Shown piece after piece: positions 8,447 to 19,068 of a stretch of 64,000 nucleotides of DNA. Numbering within the stretch: position 1 is the stretch's first letter; each line of letters starts with the position of its first letter. Origin of the DNA: Bdellovibrionales bacterium (GTDB lineage: Bacteria; Bdellovibrionota; Bdellovibrionia; Bdellovibrionales; UBA1609). The translations under genes and the position numbers were made by a program. The notes beneath the pieces are model-generated. The model did no database searches. It was given only the letters and a program-made list of their open reading frames with translations, and was not told the DNA's origin. The stretch is from NCBI GenBank assembly GCA_965199825.1, contig OZ241329.1, positions 1,024,001 to 1,088,000 on the forward strand, given 5' to 3'.

Positions 8447-11400
8447 AGCTAAAATTTCTTTCAAGGTTAAACTTTTTCGTTTTGTGATAACGACATCATT
8501 TTGGATTTTTGGGAGGTCTCGAATAATTTCGGCCATACCTGAAATCCGTGGATTTTCGAATAATCTAAAAAGTGGAAATTCCACATGTAGGCGTTCACGA
8601 ATTCGCGCCAACATCCGTGTGGCAAAAAGCGAATGTCCTCCAAGATCAAAAAATATATCATCGGTGCTGATCTCATCGCGCCCTAATAATTCCTGCCAAA
8701 TAGTTAAGAGTGCGCGCTCCACTTCGTCTTTCGGCTCGATGAGTTTGCGTGAAGATTCTGACTCGACCGTCACAACTTCTCTATCTAATTTATTGTTGAG
8801 CCAAAGATCTGCTCGCTGACGAATATCTTTTCGAGATACAAATATCGTTGGCACAGGCGAGCATTGGACCACAAGGTCAAAAAGCTTGAGGCTTTCATGA
8901 GGCTGCATCGCGAATTGCTCGAGACTCGTCGTGCGCGATCTTGCCGCTTCATTTTCAACGCGCCACCCGTCCCAAGTTGCAGTCAACCAGCGACGATCCC
9001 CTTGGCTCCACATTTGTGTCGCAAACAAATCCATAAATTGATTAGCAGCGGAGTAAGCCAATAAGCCAAGTCCACCGAGTGGCGAGGCATTAGAAGAAAA
9101 AAGCAAAATGAAATCCAAGGGAATATCTTTAAGAAGTTTGAAAAGGATTTCGGTGCCGTTTACTTTTGCGCGGTATTGCTCGGTAAAATCATCATGGGAA
9201 AGATGCGAAAATAAAGTCTGCATCGTAAAGCCGCTTGTTATTCCAGCAGCATGAAGAACACCATCAATGTGTCCAAATTTTTTAATGGTTGATGTAATTA
9301 CAGAATGCATCTGCTCGAGATTGCTGGAGTCCGCTGTTAAACAGAGGACTTCACCACTTCCAAAATCGATATTCTCAAAAGATGCACTTCGGCCTGTTAA
9401 TACGATGCGAGCTTGATAAGTTTTTGCAAGATGAGCAGCAAGATGTCGGCCGACTTTCCCCAACCCACCTGTGATTAAATAAACACCACCGGTTTTAATC
9501 TGGCGTTGAATGTGAGTGGATGATGACAAATGAAGTGGACTAAAGTCCGCAACAAAGCATCCGTGAGGCCGTATCGCAAACATTTGTGGCGCCGTTTTAG
9601 CAAATATGAAACTCAACGCATTTCGCCAGTCCTCAAGCGTTTGCGGTCGAGCATCACAAAGCACTGTCTTCACCCCTAAATGCTCTTGCGGAATCACTTT
9701 CATGGCCGCTACAAATGGAGCGACTCGTGGATCGATAAAATCTTGAGGTCCAACAAGTGCAACTCCACTCACAACAATTGTTAAAAAAACCGTATCGCTC
9801 ACGTCATTTAAAAACTTCAAAAAATTTCGAAGGCGTAAAAGTGCGGCTGTGTTTTCATCTATTGTTGCATTGGGCTCAGTGAGAAATACTATTTGTGAGA
9901 CTTTGCAATCGGTAAGAAGGAGGTCGGTCTCCTTGCAAAACCGGTATCGACCGGGGAGTTGTTTTAGCAAAGGCTCCACTTCTTCTAAGCGTTTAGCCGA
10001 GCCAATGACCAAACAAAATATACTATTATCATTTAATTTTGGTAAAGCTTGAACATCTTGTCTCCAAACCGGCGCAGAGAACCAATTTGTTAAATCAGAT
10101 TGCTTCTCTCTAACTAGATCAGGCCTCAGCCAGCATCTCGTTTTTGCAAAGGCGTAGCCAGGCAATGAAGTCACACGGGCATTTTTGACGCCATTAATTT
10201 TTGACCAATCTAAATTTATTCCAGAGATCCATAATTTTGCGACGGCACCGCCAAGACAAACGCGATCTGCTATCGCCTCGCCTTGACTCCGCATACTGTG
10301 AACACTGACGACACCATTTTTTAAAAGTTCGTTAGCGCGCACAATACTAGAAAGAATGCGGCCTGGCCCAACTTCAAAAAACACTGCTGGACCAGAAGCT
10401 GCGAGTTCAGTGAGTCCCTGTTGAAATTCTACGGGCTGTCTCAGCTGACAAACCCAGTATTCAACGGAGGTTGCTTGCGCATCCGTAATCCAAGTTCCAC
10501 TCACATTAGAAATAAATTTTATTTTGGGTTTTTTAAGGACTGTAAGTGTCAAAGCCGCACGATACTCATCGAGCACGCCATCCAGTAAATATGAATGGGC
10601 CGCCGTTGCTAGCGGAATTTTTCGGTATTCAATCTCCTGCGCTGTGAGTTCGAGTTCTAATTTTTCGATTCCGTTGACTGTTCCAGAGACTGTTGTGACC
10701 TCCGGTGCATTTTTAGCCGCAATTCCAGTGCCTGATGGAATTTTCGTAAGCTGAGATGGAGAAGCTCTTACACTTAACATTGCTCCCGCTGGACATCGAG
10801 CAAGTAAAACGCCTCGTTGAATAACTAATTTTAATGCTGCAGTAAGAGTAAATACTTCTGCTAAAGTCGCTGCAACATACTCACCCAAACTATGCCCAAT
10901 CATTCCACCGGTCGGAACAATTTCTCGAGCCATCAAAGCCTTCGCCAATGCATATTCAACTATGAATAAAGAAGCTAATGGAATTGCGAAACCTAATCGC
11001 TCGTCAGGAGATAAACTTAAGCTATTTGATTCGCTAAAAAGATATTTTCTAATGTCGACACTATACTCTTTTTGAATAATCGCAGCACAGTCGTCGATCT
11101 GTTGTCGAAAAAATAAGTCGGCTTCATAGAGATCAAGAGCCATCGGAAAATACTGGGCCCCTCCGCCTGGAAAAAGAAAGCAAAGTTGTTTAGCGCTTTG
11201 CTCTCCTTTTAACCAGTGATTAGGCTTATGTTCTTTAAGTATCTCGACAAGATTCTGCTGATCTGTAAAAAGAGCAGCAGCCCTGTGCTCGAATGAAATT
11301 TGTCGAGTTTGCATAGTGTGAACAAGATCATCTAAGCGTGGCGCAGGTGTTCTAGACACCGCTTGCAAAAGGTCACTCGCTATCGAATCTAAGCCGGCCT

Positions 11401-12754
11401 CAGTTTTTGAAGACAGCGGCAAGATGGAGTAACCAAAAAATCCGGGCGGTTCGACCTCAGCGCGGGAGGGGGTTTGGTAACTTTCAATCACTACATGCGC
11501 ATTTGTTCCGCCGATGCCAAAAGAATTGACCGCTGCAATCCTGCGGTCGGTTTTCCATTCTTGAATTTTAGAATTCACATAAAAAGGAGAGCTTTCCAAA
11601 TTGAGCGCTGGATTTGGTTCGGTAAAATTTAATGTTGGTGGAATAAGTCCGCGTTCTAAAACTAGAATTGTTTTTATCAATCCACTGACGCCAGCGGCTG
11701 CATCGAGATGTCCAATATTGGTTTTTATTGAACCAATCGCACAGTAGCCCTGACGTGATGAAGATTTACGAAATGCACGAGTTAATCCTGCAACCTCAAT
11801 AGGATCTCCAAGCTTCGTTCCGGTTCCGTGAGCTTCTACAAAACCAATGTCGTCTGCGCTCACACCCGCCAACGACAGCGCGGCAGCCATTCCCTCAGCC
11901 TGACCCATCTCACTTGGTGCTGTGAATCCCATTTTTAAACTGCCGTCGTTATTAACAGAGGTTGCGAGAATGACAGCACGAATGGGATCTCCATCACGAA
12001 GGGCGTCATCAAAACGTTTTAAGACAACAACTGCTGTTCCGTTACCACTGAATACTCCATTTGCCTGGATATCAAAAGCGCGACACTTCCCATCTGGCGA
12101 ATACACTCCGCCTTCAGAATAAATATATCCTCTATTTTGTGGAAACCGAATAGAGGAGCCACCAGCTAGAGCGATATCACACTCGCGAGTGAGCAAACTT
12201 TGACAAGCTAGATGAACCGCCGTTAACGAAGTTGAACAACCGGTTTGAACAGTCATGCTTGGCCCGGTTAATCCTAATTTATAAGAAACTCGAGTCGCTA
12301 AAAAATCGCTCTGTGAGCCAATCTGAGCCATAAAGTCGCCGTCAAAATATTCTGAGTTTAAATCTAAACTACTCAGGTAGGATGTCATGCTTTGACCAGC
12401 ATAAACCCCGACAGGAACTTTAATTTGATTTGGAAGGTAGCCTGCGTCCTCGAGTGCTGTCCAAGCACACTCTAAAAAAAACCGTTGTTGAGGATCAATG
12501 AGTTCAGCTTCTTTGAGAGAATACCCAAAAAACGCATAATCAAAATTTTCGGTGTCGGCAACAACTCCACGCACTGGGACATAATTTGAATTTTCAAATT
12601 CGTCTTTTGATACTCCTCCTTTGCTCAAGTCCTCTGAGGTAAAATGGGTCGAACCATTTTGACCTGCACAAATATTTTCCCACAAGGCCTCAACATTTTT
12701 TGCATTAGGAAAACGGCCCGAAACTCCTACCACTGCAATTCGAAAATCACTCAT
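8429..12754 (-). CDS. Type I PKS module KS-AT-KR-carrier protein
   Basis: KS: DPQQR, TGCSTSL, HGTGT, KTNIGHLDAAAG; AT: GHSLGE, TAAHS; KR: YLITGGLGKVG, YSAANQFMD; carrier: FFDLGGHSL. Confidence 0.95.
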   Translation of the reverse strand: MSDFRIAVVGVSGRFPNAKNVEALWENICAGQNGSTHFTSEDLSKGGVSKDEFENSNYVPVRGVVADTENFDYAFFGYSLKEAELIDPQQRFFLECAWTALEDAGYLPNQIKVPVGVYAGQSMTSYLSSLDLNSEYFDGDFMAQIGSQSDFLATRVSYKLGLTGPSMTVQTGCSTSLTAVHLACQSLLTRECDIALAGGSSIRFPQNRGYIYSEGGVYSPDGKCRAFDIQANGVFSGNGTAVVVLKRFDDALRDGDPIRAVILATSVNNDGSLKMGFTAPSEMGQAEGMAAALSLAGVSADDIGFVEAHGTGTKLGDPIEVAGLTRAFRKSSSRQGYCAIGSIKTNIGHLDAAAGVSGLIKTILVLERGLIPPTLNFTEPNPALNLESSPFYVNSKIQEWKTDRRIAAVNSFGIGGTNAHVVIESYQTPSRAEVEPPGFFGYSILPLSSKTEAGLDSIASDLLQAVSRTPAPRLDDLVHTMQTRQISFEHRAAALFTDQQNLVEILKEHKPNHWLKGEQSAKQLCFLFPGGGAQYFPMALDLYEADLFFRQQIDDCAAIIQKEYSVDIRKYLFSESNSLSLSPDERLGFAIPLASLFIVEYALAKALMAREIVPTGGMIGHSLGEYVAATLAEVFTLTAALKLVIQRGVLLARCPAGAMLSVRASPSQLTKIPSGTGIAAKNAPEVTTVSGTVNGIEKLELELTAQEIEYRKIPLATAAHSYLLDGVLDEYRAALTLTVLKKPKIKFISNVSGTWITDAQATSVEYWVCQLRQPVEFQQGLTELAASGPAVFFEVGPGRILSSIVRANELLKNGVVSVHSMRSQGEAIADRVCLGGAVAKLWISGINLDWSKINGVKNARVTSLPGYAFAKTRCWLRPDLVREKQSDLTNWFSAPVWRQDVQALPKLNDNSIFCLVIGSAKRLEEVEPLLKQLPGRYRFCKETDLLLTDCKVSQIVFLTEPNATIDENTAALLRLRNFLKFLNDVSDTVFLTIVVSGVALVGPQDFIDPRVAPFVAAMKVIPQEHLGVKTVLCDARPQTLEDWRNALSFIFAKTAPQMFAIRPHGCFVADFSPLHLSSSTHIQRQIKTGGVYLITGGLGKVGRHLAAHLAKTYQARIVLTGRSASFENIDFGSGEVLCLTADSSNLEQMHSVITSTIKKFGHIDGVLHAAGITSGFTMQTLFSHLSHDDFTEQYRAKVNGTEILFKLLKDIPLDFILLFSSNASPLGGLGLLAYSAANQFMDLFATQMWSQGDRRWLTATWDGWRVENEAARSRTTSLEQFAMQPHESLKLFDLVVQCSPVPTIFVSRKDIRQRADLWLNNKLDREVVTVESESSRKLIEPKDEVERALLTIWQELLGRDEISTDDIFFDLGGHSLFATRMLARIRERLHVEFPLFRLFENPRISGMAEIIRDLPKIQNDVVITKRKSLTLKEILASRNHP

Positions 12755-15700
12755 GTGCGCCTGCGTTCTAAATTTGAAAGTGCAGATCGCCGTAAATTTA
12801 CATTTGGTAGAGGCGCCAACTTTTGTTCTTTGTGCTCTTTCAAAAAATCAGAAATAGATGCAATTGTTGGTGATCGAAACAAATCGGTAAGAGCAATACG
12901 CCTTTCAAATTGGCGTGCCAAGCGGGACTGAATTTGTAAGAGCGAAAGCGAACTTCCTCCGACATCAAAGAAGTTATCTTTCAAACCAAAAGAATTGTGA
13001 CCCAAAACATCTTTCCACACCTGAGCAATCGATTCTTCGGTTTGAGTAAGAACGCAATTCAAATCTCCAGCTGACGAGTTTTGCAACGGTGCTGGAAGTT
13101 GTTTGTAATCCACTTTTCCATTTGGGGTGACAGGTACGGTTTTTATAAAAACAAAGGCCGCTGGAATCATATGATCCGGCAAGCGAGACTTTAGTGACTT
13201 TGACAGCTCTGAAACTTTAATTTCGGTATTATCTTGAACTTTGATGTAGGCAACAAGTTGCTTTTGTCCACCAGATGAATCACGAACAATAACAACACTG
13301 CGTTCGACTCCTTTGAAGTCCGAGATAGCCACTTCAATTTCACCAAGTTCTATTCGAAAACCACGTAGTTTGACTTGATGATCAAAACGCCCCAAATATT
13401 CAATATTGCTGTCACTCAAAAAGCGAGCACGATCACCTGTTTTATAAAGAGTCTGCCCTTGGGTAAATGGATTTTGTATAAAACGTTCGTCTGTTAGTTC
13501 AGGTTTATTGAGGTATCCTCGGCCGACGCCGACCCCACCAATGTAAAGCTCGCCGGCTATACCGATTGGAACCGGCGCAAGTACTTTGTCCAAAATATAC
13601 ATTTGGATATTATCAATCGGACGCCCGATGGGCACGAAATGAAGATCTGAATTTGGCATGCATTGCCAATAAGTCACATCAACAGCGGCTTCGGTTGGAC
13701 CATAAAGGTTATGCAGTTGAGTCACCTCACTACCAAAGATCATAAAAAATCGGTGCTGTAAATCGAGCGGGAGTGCCTCACCACTACACACAAAAAGTCT
13801 TAATGACTTACAAGATGCCGCGTCTTCATTCATTAAAAATGCGTGAAGCATTGACGGAACAAAGTGAAGGATCGTCACACTTTGAGAGTTGATGAGATCA
13901 ATTAAGTATTGAGGGTCCTTGTGTCCATTGGGTTTAGCAACAACCAATTTCGCTCCATACATGAGAGGCCAAAAAAATTCCCAAACCGAAACATCGAAGC
14001 TAAATGGAGTTTTCTGTAAAACTACATCATTAGATCTCAAACAGTATTGCTTTTGCATCCACGCCAAGCGGTTGTAGATTCCTGCATGAGTATTCAATGC
14101 TCCCTTAGGCTGACCTGTAGAACCCGATGTATAAATCATGTAGGCGAGATCGTGAGGCTCCAGCGCCACAAGGTCTTGAGACGACACCCGCTCTGAAAGC
14201 TGTTTTTCGGTTACACAAACAAATTCAGTTTGAAGCAATAAATTAGAGTAGACCTCTTTAAAAATTTGCTGAGTAAGTACGATTTTTGGATTTGAATCCT
14301 TGATCATATACTGAATACGATCTTCCGGATAACCGGGGTCTAACGGAACGTACACAGCGCCCGAACGCAAGCAGGCCAGAAGTGAAATTACGAGATGAGT
14401 TGATCGCTCCATCAAAACGCCAACAAGATCACCTTTTTTTATACCTTTATTATTTAAGAGAGCGGCAAGACGCGCCGATAGAAGATCTAAATTTTTGTAG
14501 GTTAATTTTTCGCCTTCAAATTCGACGGCGACGGCATCAGGATTTATTTTGCAAGAGCGTTCAATCTGTTCATGAATGCAAATGTGTTCAGGGTAGCTCA
14601 CATCTGTTTGATTCCAAGTTCTAGTCACTGTTTCAAGCTCATCTGGCGACAAAATATTCAATTTTTCAACTTTGCATTTAGAATCTTGTGCTGCCGATTT
14701 TAATAAACATTTAAAATGGTCTGCCATTCTAACAATGGTGGTGTGGTTAAAAAGTGCTGTGTTGTATTCGAAGGTGCAGACCAGTTGCTCACCTTCTTCA
14801 ATGTGCAAACTGATGTCGAATTTAGAAATAGATAAGTCGGCGAGAACTACCGAAGTTTGCAAATTAGACCAAGACGTTTCGCTATAAGCGCGATTATAAT
14901 TAAACAAAACTTGGAAAATTGGACTATGGCTAAGGTCTCTTGAGGGGTTGAGGACTTGAACTAGTCTCTCAAAGGGCAAATTTTGAAGCGATAGAGCTTC
15001 AATCGAGATATTTTTTATTTGTTCAATGGCATCTTCGAAATTGTTGCTCGGACTGACATGAGCGGGCAAAGCAACTGTATTTACAAATAAACCTACTAGT
15101 GATTCGCTCGCGACATCAGGGCGATTGGCGACGGGAAGACCGATCGCGAAGTCGGTTTGATTAGTGTAACGACTTAAAAGAACAGCAAAACCAGCAAGTA
15201 GTGTGTGAAATAAGGTTGCCTCGTTTTTAACTGAGATCTTTTGAAGTTCGTCCGTATTCGTTAAACAAAAACTGAAATGACCACCCTGATGTTTTTGGAA
15301 TGCAGGGCGAGGTCGATCCAGCGGAAAATTAAGGTTCTCACATACTTTTAATTTCTCAGCCCAAGTCTTTACGTTTTTTTCCTGAAGCGAGATCACCTCT
15401 GTCGAGTTTTGTTTGTTGCCGATATAAGTGGTTACCAATTTTGGGAGCGGCGGTGTCTGTTCCTTACAAAAAGCCTCAAAGGAGACTTTCAATTCGTGAC
15501 GAAGAATCTGCATGGACCAACCATCACAAACAATATGATGAGCGCAAAATCCGAGAATGTTTTCGTTTTGGCTCAAACTCCACAGTTGGAATCGGTAGAG
15601 TGGATCACTTTGCAAATCAAATGGACGACGTGCCCACGTGTTGAGATCGGTTTGCAAATTTTCGGTTTGGGCTTTGACTGGCTCGAGCTGAATTATTGTT

Positions 15701-18700
15701 GGATTTGATACCGACTGATTGATTATTCCGTTATGTTCTTGAAATTGCGCGCGGAGTTGCTCATGACGTTGCACAAGGTAGCTCAGGGCTTTGTTGAGAG
15801 CTGAAATATTTAATTCGCCTTTTATACGAATAAAAAAGAGTTCATTATAAAAAGGGCTCTGCGGATTCATTTTCGCAAGAAACCAGAGGCGCTGTTGGGC
15901 ATCCGTTAGAGGGTACGGTCCTGCACCGTGGAGACTAAAGGTCTCTATGAGAGGACTTGAGCCGATTTCTGATTGAATTAAACGAATTTGCTCTACTAAA
16001 TCATTAAAACGGGGAAATCGAAAAACGATCTGAACTGGAACTTTCAGATTGAGTTCAGCTTGAATTCGAGCAATGAGGCGCATTGCTAAAAGCGAATGAC
16101 CGCCACAGCGGAAAAAATGTTGAGAAGAGGACTGCACTGTTTGACCGAGTAAACGCATCCAAATATCGGCAAGTGCCATTTGCAATTTATCAGTAGGTTT
16201 GAAATCATTGGTCTGCGGCTGAATCAGTTGAAGAGCCGTTAAAGCATTTTGATCTGGTTTGCCATTAGCCGTCCTTGGAAGAGCATCCATCACTACAAAG
16301 TGAGAAGGAAGGCTCGAGGTCGGGAAAGTCCGAGCCGAATCTTTCGCAAGTTGCGACACCGAAAGATTTGCGGCCTCCACAAATGCGATCAGGTGATGAG
16401 TTCCTGACTCATCTCTTCGTGCGTGCACGACTGCAGAGCGAATTAAGGGGTGGCGCATAAGCTGTTGCTCAACTTCACTCAGCTCAACACGGAAGCCACG
16501 AATTTTAACTTGGCGATCTTTTCGTCCCATAAAGTAGTAAAAACCTTGCGGGGTTTGCCTTACAAAATCACCTGTTCTGTAAAAGCGCTCGCCATCGAGG
16601 ATAATAAATTTTTCTTGAGTTAAGGCCTTGTCGTTGACATATCCGCGAGCGACTCCTGGTCCCCCAATATAAAGCTCACCCGTTACATAAGGTGCAACGA
16701 CTTCCTGATTTTGGTTAAGGACCAAAAGACGAGCACCGCCAATTGCACGACCAAGTGGCAAGGTGTTAACTAACTTCAGTTGATCGAGATCCTGAGCTAC
16801 CAGAGTAGTCATAACTGAGCCTACGCAAGTTTCGGTTGGCCCGTAGTGATTACAAATTTTTAGGTCTGGTCGCTGTTCAAAAACTTTTCGAACTAAATCA
16901 ATACCTAAGGATTCACCACCAAAAATTAAAAGACGTTTTGGTATCGCTTCGGCTTGAGTAAAGAGCGCTGCAAAATGATTTGGAACAATTTTAAGAATAT
17001 CAATTTTATTTGTTTGTATGTAGCTCGCAAATAACGCTGCGTCGGTTACGATTTCTTGCGGCATGAGATGAAGAGTTCCTCCATTCAATAGCGACGGCAT
17101 GACACAGGTATTGCCTAAATCCGCGTTCAATGTTGTTACAGTTGCGAATTGAAGTCCTTCAAGCCTGCAATTTAAAAGCTCGCTCATCGTTTTCGATATC
17201 GCTTCGGAATAGTGGACGATATTCGAGTGAGTGATGACAACCCCCTTGGGCTGACCAGAAGATCCAGATGTAAACAAAATGTATGCGCCACCCATTTGGT
17301 TGGAAATTTTGGGCGCAATTTGTTCCTCTAATGTGGAGCTGATTCGAACTTGAATGGCTGTTCCTAAAACATCAATTGTATCGTCTTTCACAATAACAAA
17401 ACGCGGCTGGGCGGCGGCAACTTTGAGCGCGGTTCGCTCGGGTGGATCTTCTGGGTCAAGTGGCATAAATATACCGCCCGCTTTTAAAATTCCTAAAATT
17501 GAAACAATGGATTCTAAAGCGCGCGGTAAATAAATTCCGACGATATCTTCATGTTCAAGACCCTCCGTCTGAAGTTTTGCTGCAACTTGATCTGACAGGT
17601 GGTCAAGCCTTTCATAGCTGAGATTTTTATCATCACAAACCACAGCAATTTGCGACGGATTCAACCGTGCACGATCAATAAAAAATTTATGTAAAGTTCG
17701 ATTTGTTTCTACAAAGTCGAGTTTACCAAGAGATTCCTTTCGAGAACGCAGAAGGATGGATTTCAGCTTGGATTGTGGAGCCCTGCACATTTTTTTTAAG
17801 AAGCTCAGCATGTCGTTGGCAAATTGTTCGATCATTGCTGGAGCGAAAAGTTCTGCATTGTAAATAAAGTCGCAATCCAACCAATCGCCACCGACTTCTT
17901 CAAACTGGAGCGAGAGATCAATTTTTGCGTTCTCTAAATCAAATTTCATAACAGACGCGCGCACATCGCCCATTTCAAAATTTCTCATGAGCGACACGTG
18001 TTTATTGAATGAAACTTGAAAGATTGGATTTTGCGTCGTATCGCGTTCAGGGTTAAGAATTTCAACCAAACTTTCAAATGGGATATCCTGCCGAGCAAAG
18101 TCTTTTAAATTGGCTTCATGCAGTTGTGACCACAACTCTAAGACAGAAACTTCTGGATCGATCACCGAGCGCATAGGAATAGTATTTGCGAATAGACCAA
18201 TAATAGGTTCAATCTCTTCGAGATCACGTGAAGCTGAGGGAACTCCAATACTAAAATTAGTCTGATCTGTGTAATGCCAAAGTGACATTTGATAAGCGCT
18301 AAACAAAAGAGTGAATGGCGTGACATGAAATTGCCGGGCAACAGATTTTAATTCTATATATTCATGTTTTTCGATCTTAAATCGAACGGTGCGTGCCTTA
18401 CGTGATGCCCTTTGAGAACGATTGCTCAATGCTGGTAAGAGTAAAGGCTCGCTGGAGCGAAGGTGCTCCACCCATTTGCTTAATCGTTGCTTGAAATCAG
18501 GTCCACAGACTGTTTTTTGCTGCCACTCGGCAAAATCGATCGGCTGACACGAAAGCTGTGTTAAATCGGGTTGGCGATTGCAACAAAAAGCGTCGTAGCA
18601 TTTTTGAAGTTCGCGCAAAAAAATAGCAAATGACCAACCGTCACAAATAATATGATGAAAATTAAAAGCTAAAATATTGTAGTCAGAACTGATTTCAAAT

Positions 18701-19068
18701 AACCGAGCTCGAAATAGCGGACCACGGACTAAATCAAATGGCTTTTTGATCCACCGCTGGATCTCAGCCTCGGTGGCATGGCCCACATTCTCGGATTTTA
18801 ATAAAATCTGTTTACTCGGATGAACAACTTGAAGCGGCTCTCCCTCTTTATCAATAAAGAGCGTCCGCAAACTCTCGTGGCGAGCAATCAGAAAATCAAT
18901 GGCGGCGTTAAGTGCCTTAATTTTAAGATCTCCGCGCAATTCTAATAGGAGTGGCTCATTAAAAGCCCAATCGGATTCTGACAGCTGAGCGATAAACCAC
19001 AGTCGTCGTTGAGCAAAGGAACATCGATGCCCGTTGGGATTTCTTGGAATAGAATTTAAAGTTTTCAA
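12751..19068 (-). CDS. Bimodular NRPS C-A(Asp)-T-C-A(Ser)-T
   Basis: C motifs HHIICDGWS and HHIVCDGWS; A cores FTSGSSGQPKG / YTSGSTGQPKG and YGPTE; T motifs GGHSLL and GGSSLS; manually read codes DLTKIGHVGK (Asp-type) and DVWHVSLVDK (Ser-type). Confidence 0.95.
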   Translation of the reverse strand: MKTLNSIPRNPNGHRCSFAQRRLWFIAQLSESDWAFNEPLLLELRGDLKIKALNAAIDFLIARHESLRTLFIDKEGEPLQVVHPSKQILLKSENVGHATEAEIQRWIKKPFDLVRGPLFRARLFEISSDYNILAFNFHHIICDGWSFAIFLRELQKCYDAFCCNRQPDLTQLSCQPIDFAEWQQKTVCGPDFKQRLSKWVEHLRSSEPLLLPALSNRSQRASRKARTVRFKIEKHEYIELKSVARQFHVTPFTLLFSAYQMSLWHYTDQTNFSIGVPSASRDLEEIEPIIGLFANTIPMRSVIDPEVSVLELWSQLHEANLKDFARQDIPFESLVEILNPERDTTQNPIFQVSFNKHVSLMRNFEMGDVRASVMKFDLENAKIDLSLQFEEVGGDWLDCDFIYNAELFAPAMIEQFANDMLSFLKKMCRAPQSKLKSILLRSRKESLGKLDFVETNRTLHKFFIDRARLNPSQIAVVCDDKNLSYERLDHLSDQVAAKLQTEGLEHEDIVGIYLPRALESIVSILGILKAGGIFMPLDPEDPPERTALKVAAAQPRFVIVKDDTIDVLGTAIQVRISSTLEEQIAPKISNQMGGAYILFTSGSSGQPKGVVITHSNIVHYSEAISKTMSELLNCRLEGLQFATVTTLNADLGNTCVMPSLLNGGTLHLMPQEIVTDAALFASYIQTNKIDILKIVPNHFAALFTQAEAIPKRLLIFGGESLGIDLVRKVFEQRPDLKICNHYGPTETCVGSVMTTLVAQDLDQLKLVNTLPLGRAIGGARLLVLNQNQEVVAPYVTGELYIGGPGVARGYVNDKALTQEKFIILDGERFYRTGDFVRQTPQGFYYFMGRKDRQVKIRGFRVELSEVEQQLMRHPLIRSAVVHARRDESGTHHLIAFVEAANLSVSQLAKDSARTFPTSSLPSHFVVMDALPRTANGKPDQNALTALQLIQPQTNDFKPTDKLQMALADIWMRLLGQTVQSSSQHFFRCGGHSLLAMRLIARIQAELNLKVPVQIVFRFPRFNDLVEQIRLIQSEIGSSPLIETFSLHGAGPYPLTDAQQRLWFLAKMNPQSPFYNELFFIRIKGELNISALNKALSYLVQRHEQLRAQFQEHNGIINQSVSNPTIIQLEPVKAQTENLQTDLNTWARRPFDLQSDPLYRFQLWSLSQNENILGFCAHHIVCDGWSMQILRHELKVSFEAFCKEQTPPLPKLVTTYIGNKQNSTEVISLQEKNVKTWAEKLKVCENLNFPLDRPRPAFQKHQGGHFSFCLTNTDELQKISVKNEATLFHTLLAGFAVLLSRYTNQTDFAIGLPVANRPDVASESLVGLFVNTVALPAHVSPSNNFEDAIEQIKNISIEALSLQNLPFERLVQVLNPSRDLSHSPIFQVLFNYNRAYSETSWSNLQTSVVLADLSISKFDISLHIEEGEQLVCTFEYNTALFNHTTIVRMADHFKCLLKSAAQDSKCKVEKLNILSPDELETVTRTWNQTDVSYPEHICIHEQIERSCKINPDAVAVEFEGEKLTYKNLDLLSARLAALLNNKGIKKGDLVGVLMERSTHLVISLLACLRSGAVYVPLDPGYPEDRIQYMIKDSNPKIVLTQQIFKEVYSNLLLQTEFVCVTEKQLSERVSSQDLVALEPHDLAYMIYTSGSTGQPKGALNTHAGIYNRLAWMQKQYCLRSNDVVLQKTPFSFDVSVWEFFWPLMYGAKLVVAKPNGHKDPQYLIDLINSQSVTILHFVPSMLHAFLMNEDAASCKSLRLFVCSGEALPLDLQHRFFMIFGSEVTQLHNLYGPTEAAVDVTYWQCMPNSDLHFVPIGRPIDNIQMYILDKVLAPVPIGIAGELYIGGVGVGRGYLNKPELTDERFIQNPFTQGQTLYKTGDRARFLSDSNIEYLGRFDHQVKLRGFRIELGEIEVAISDFKGVERSVVIVRDSSGGQKQLVAYIKVQDNTEIKVSELSKSLKSRLPDHMIPAAFVFIKTVPVTPNGKVDYKQLPAPLQNSSAGDLNCVLTQTEESIAQVWKDVLGHNSFGLKDNFFDVGGSSLSLLQIQSRLARQFERRIALTDLFRSPTIASISDFLKEHKEQKLAPLPNVNLRRSALSNLERRRT

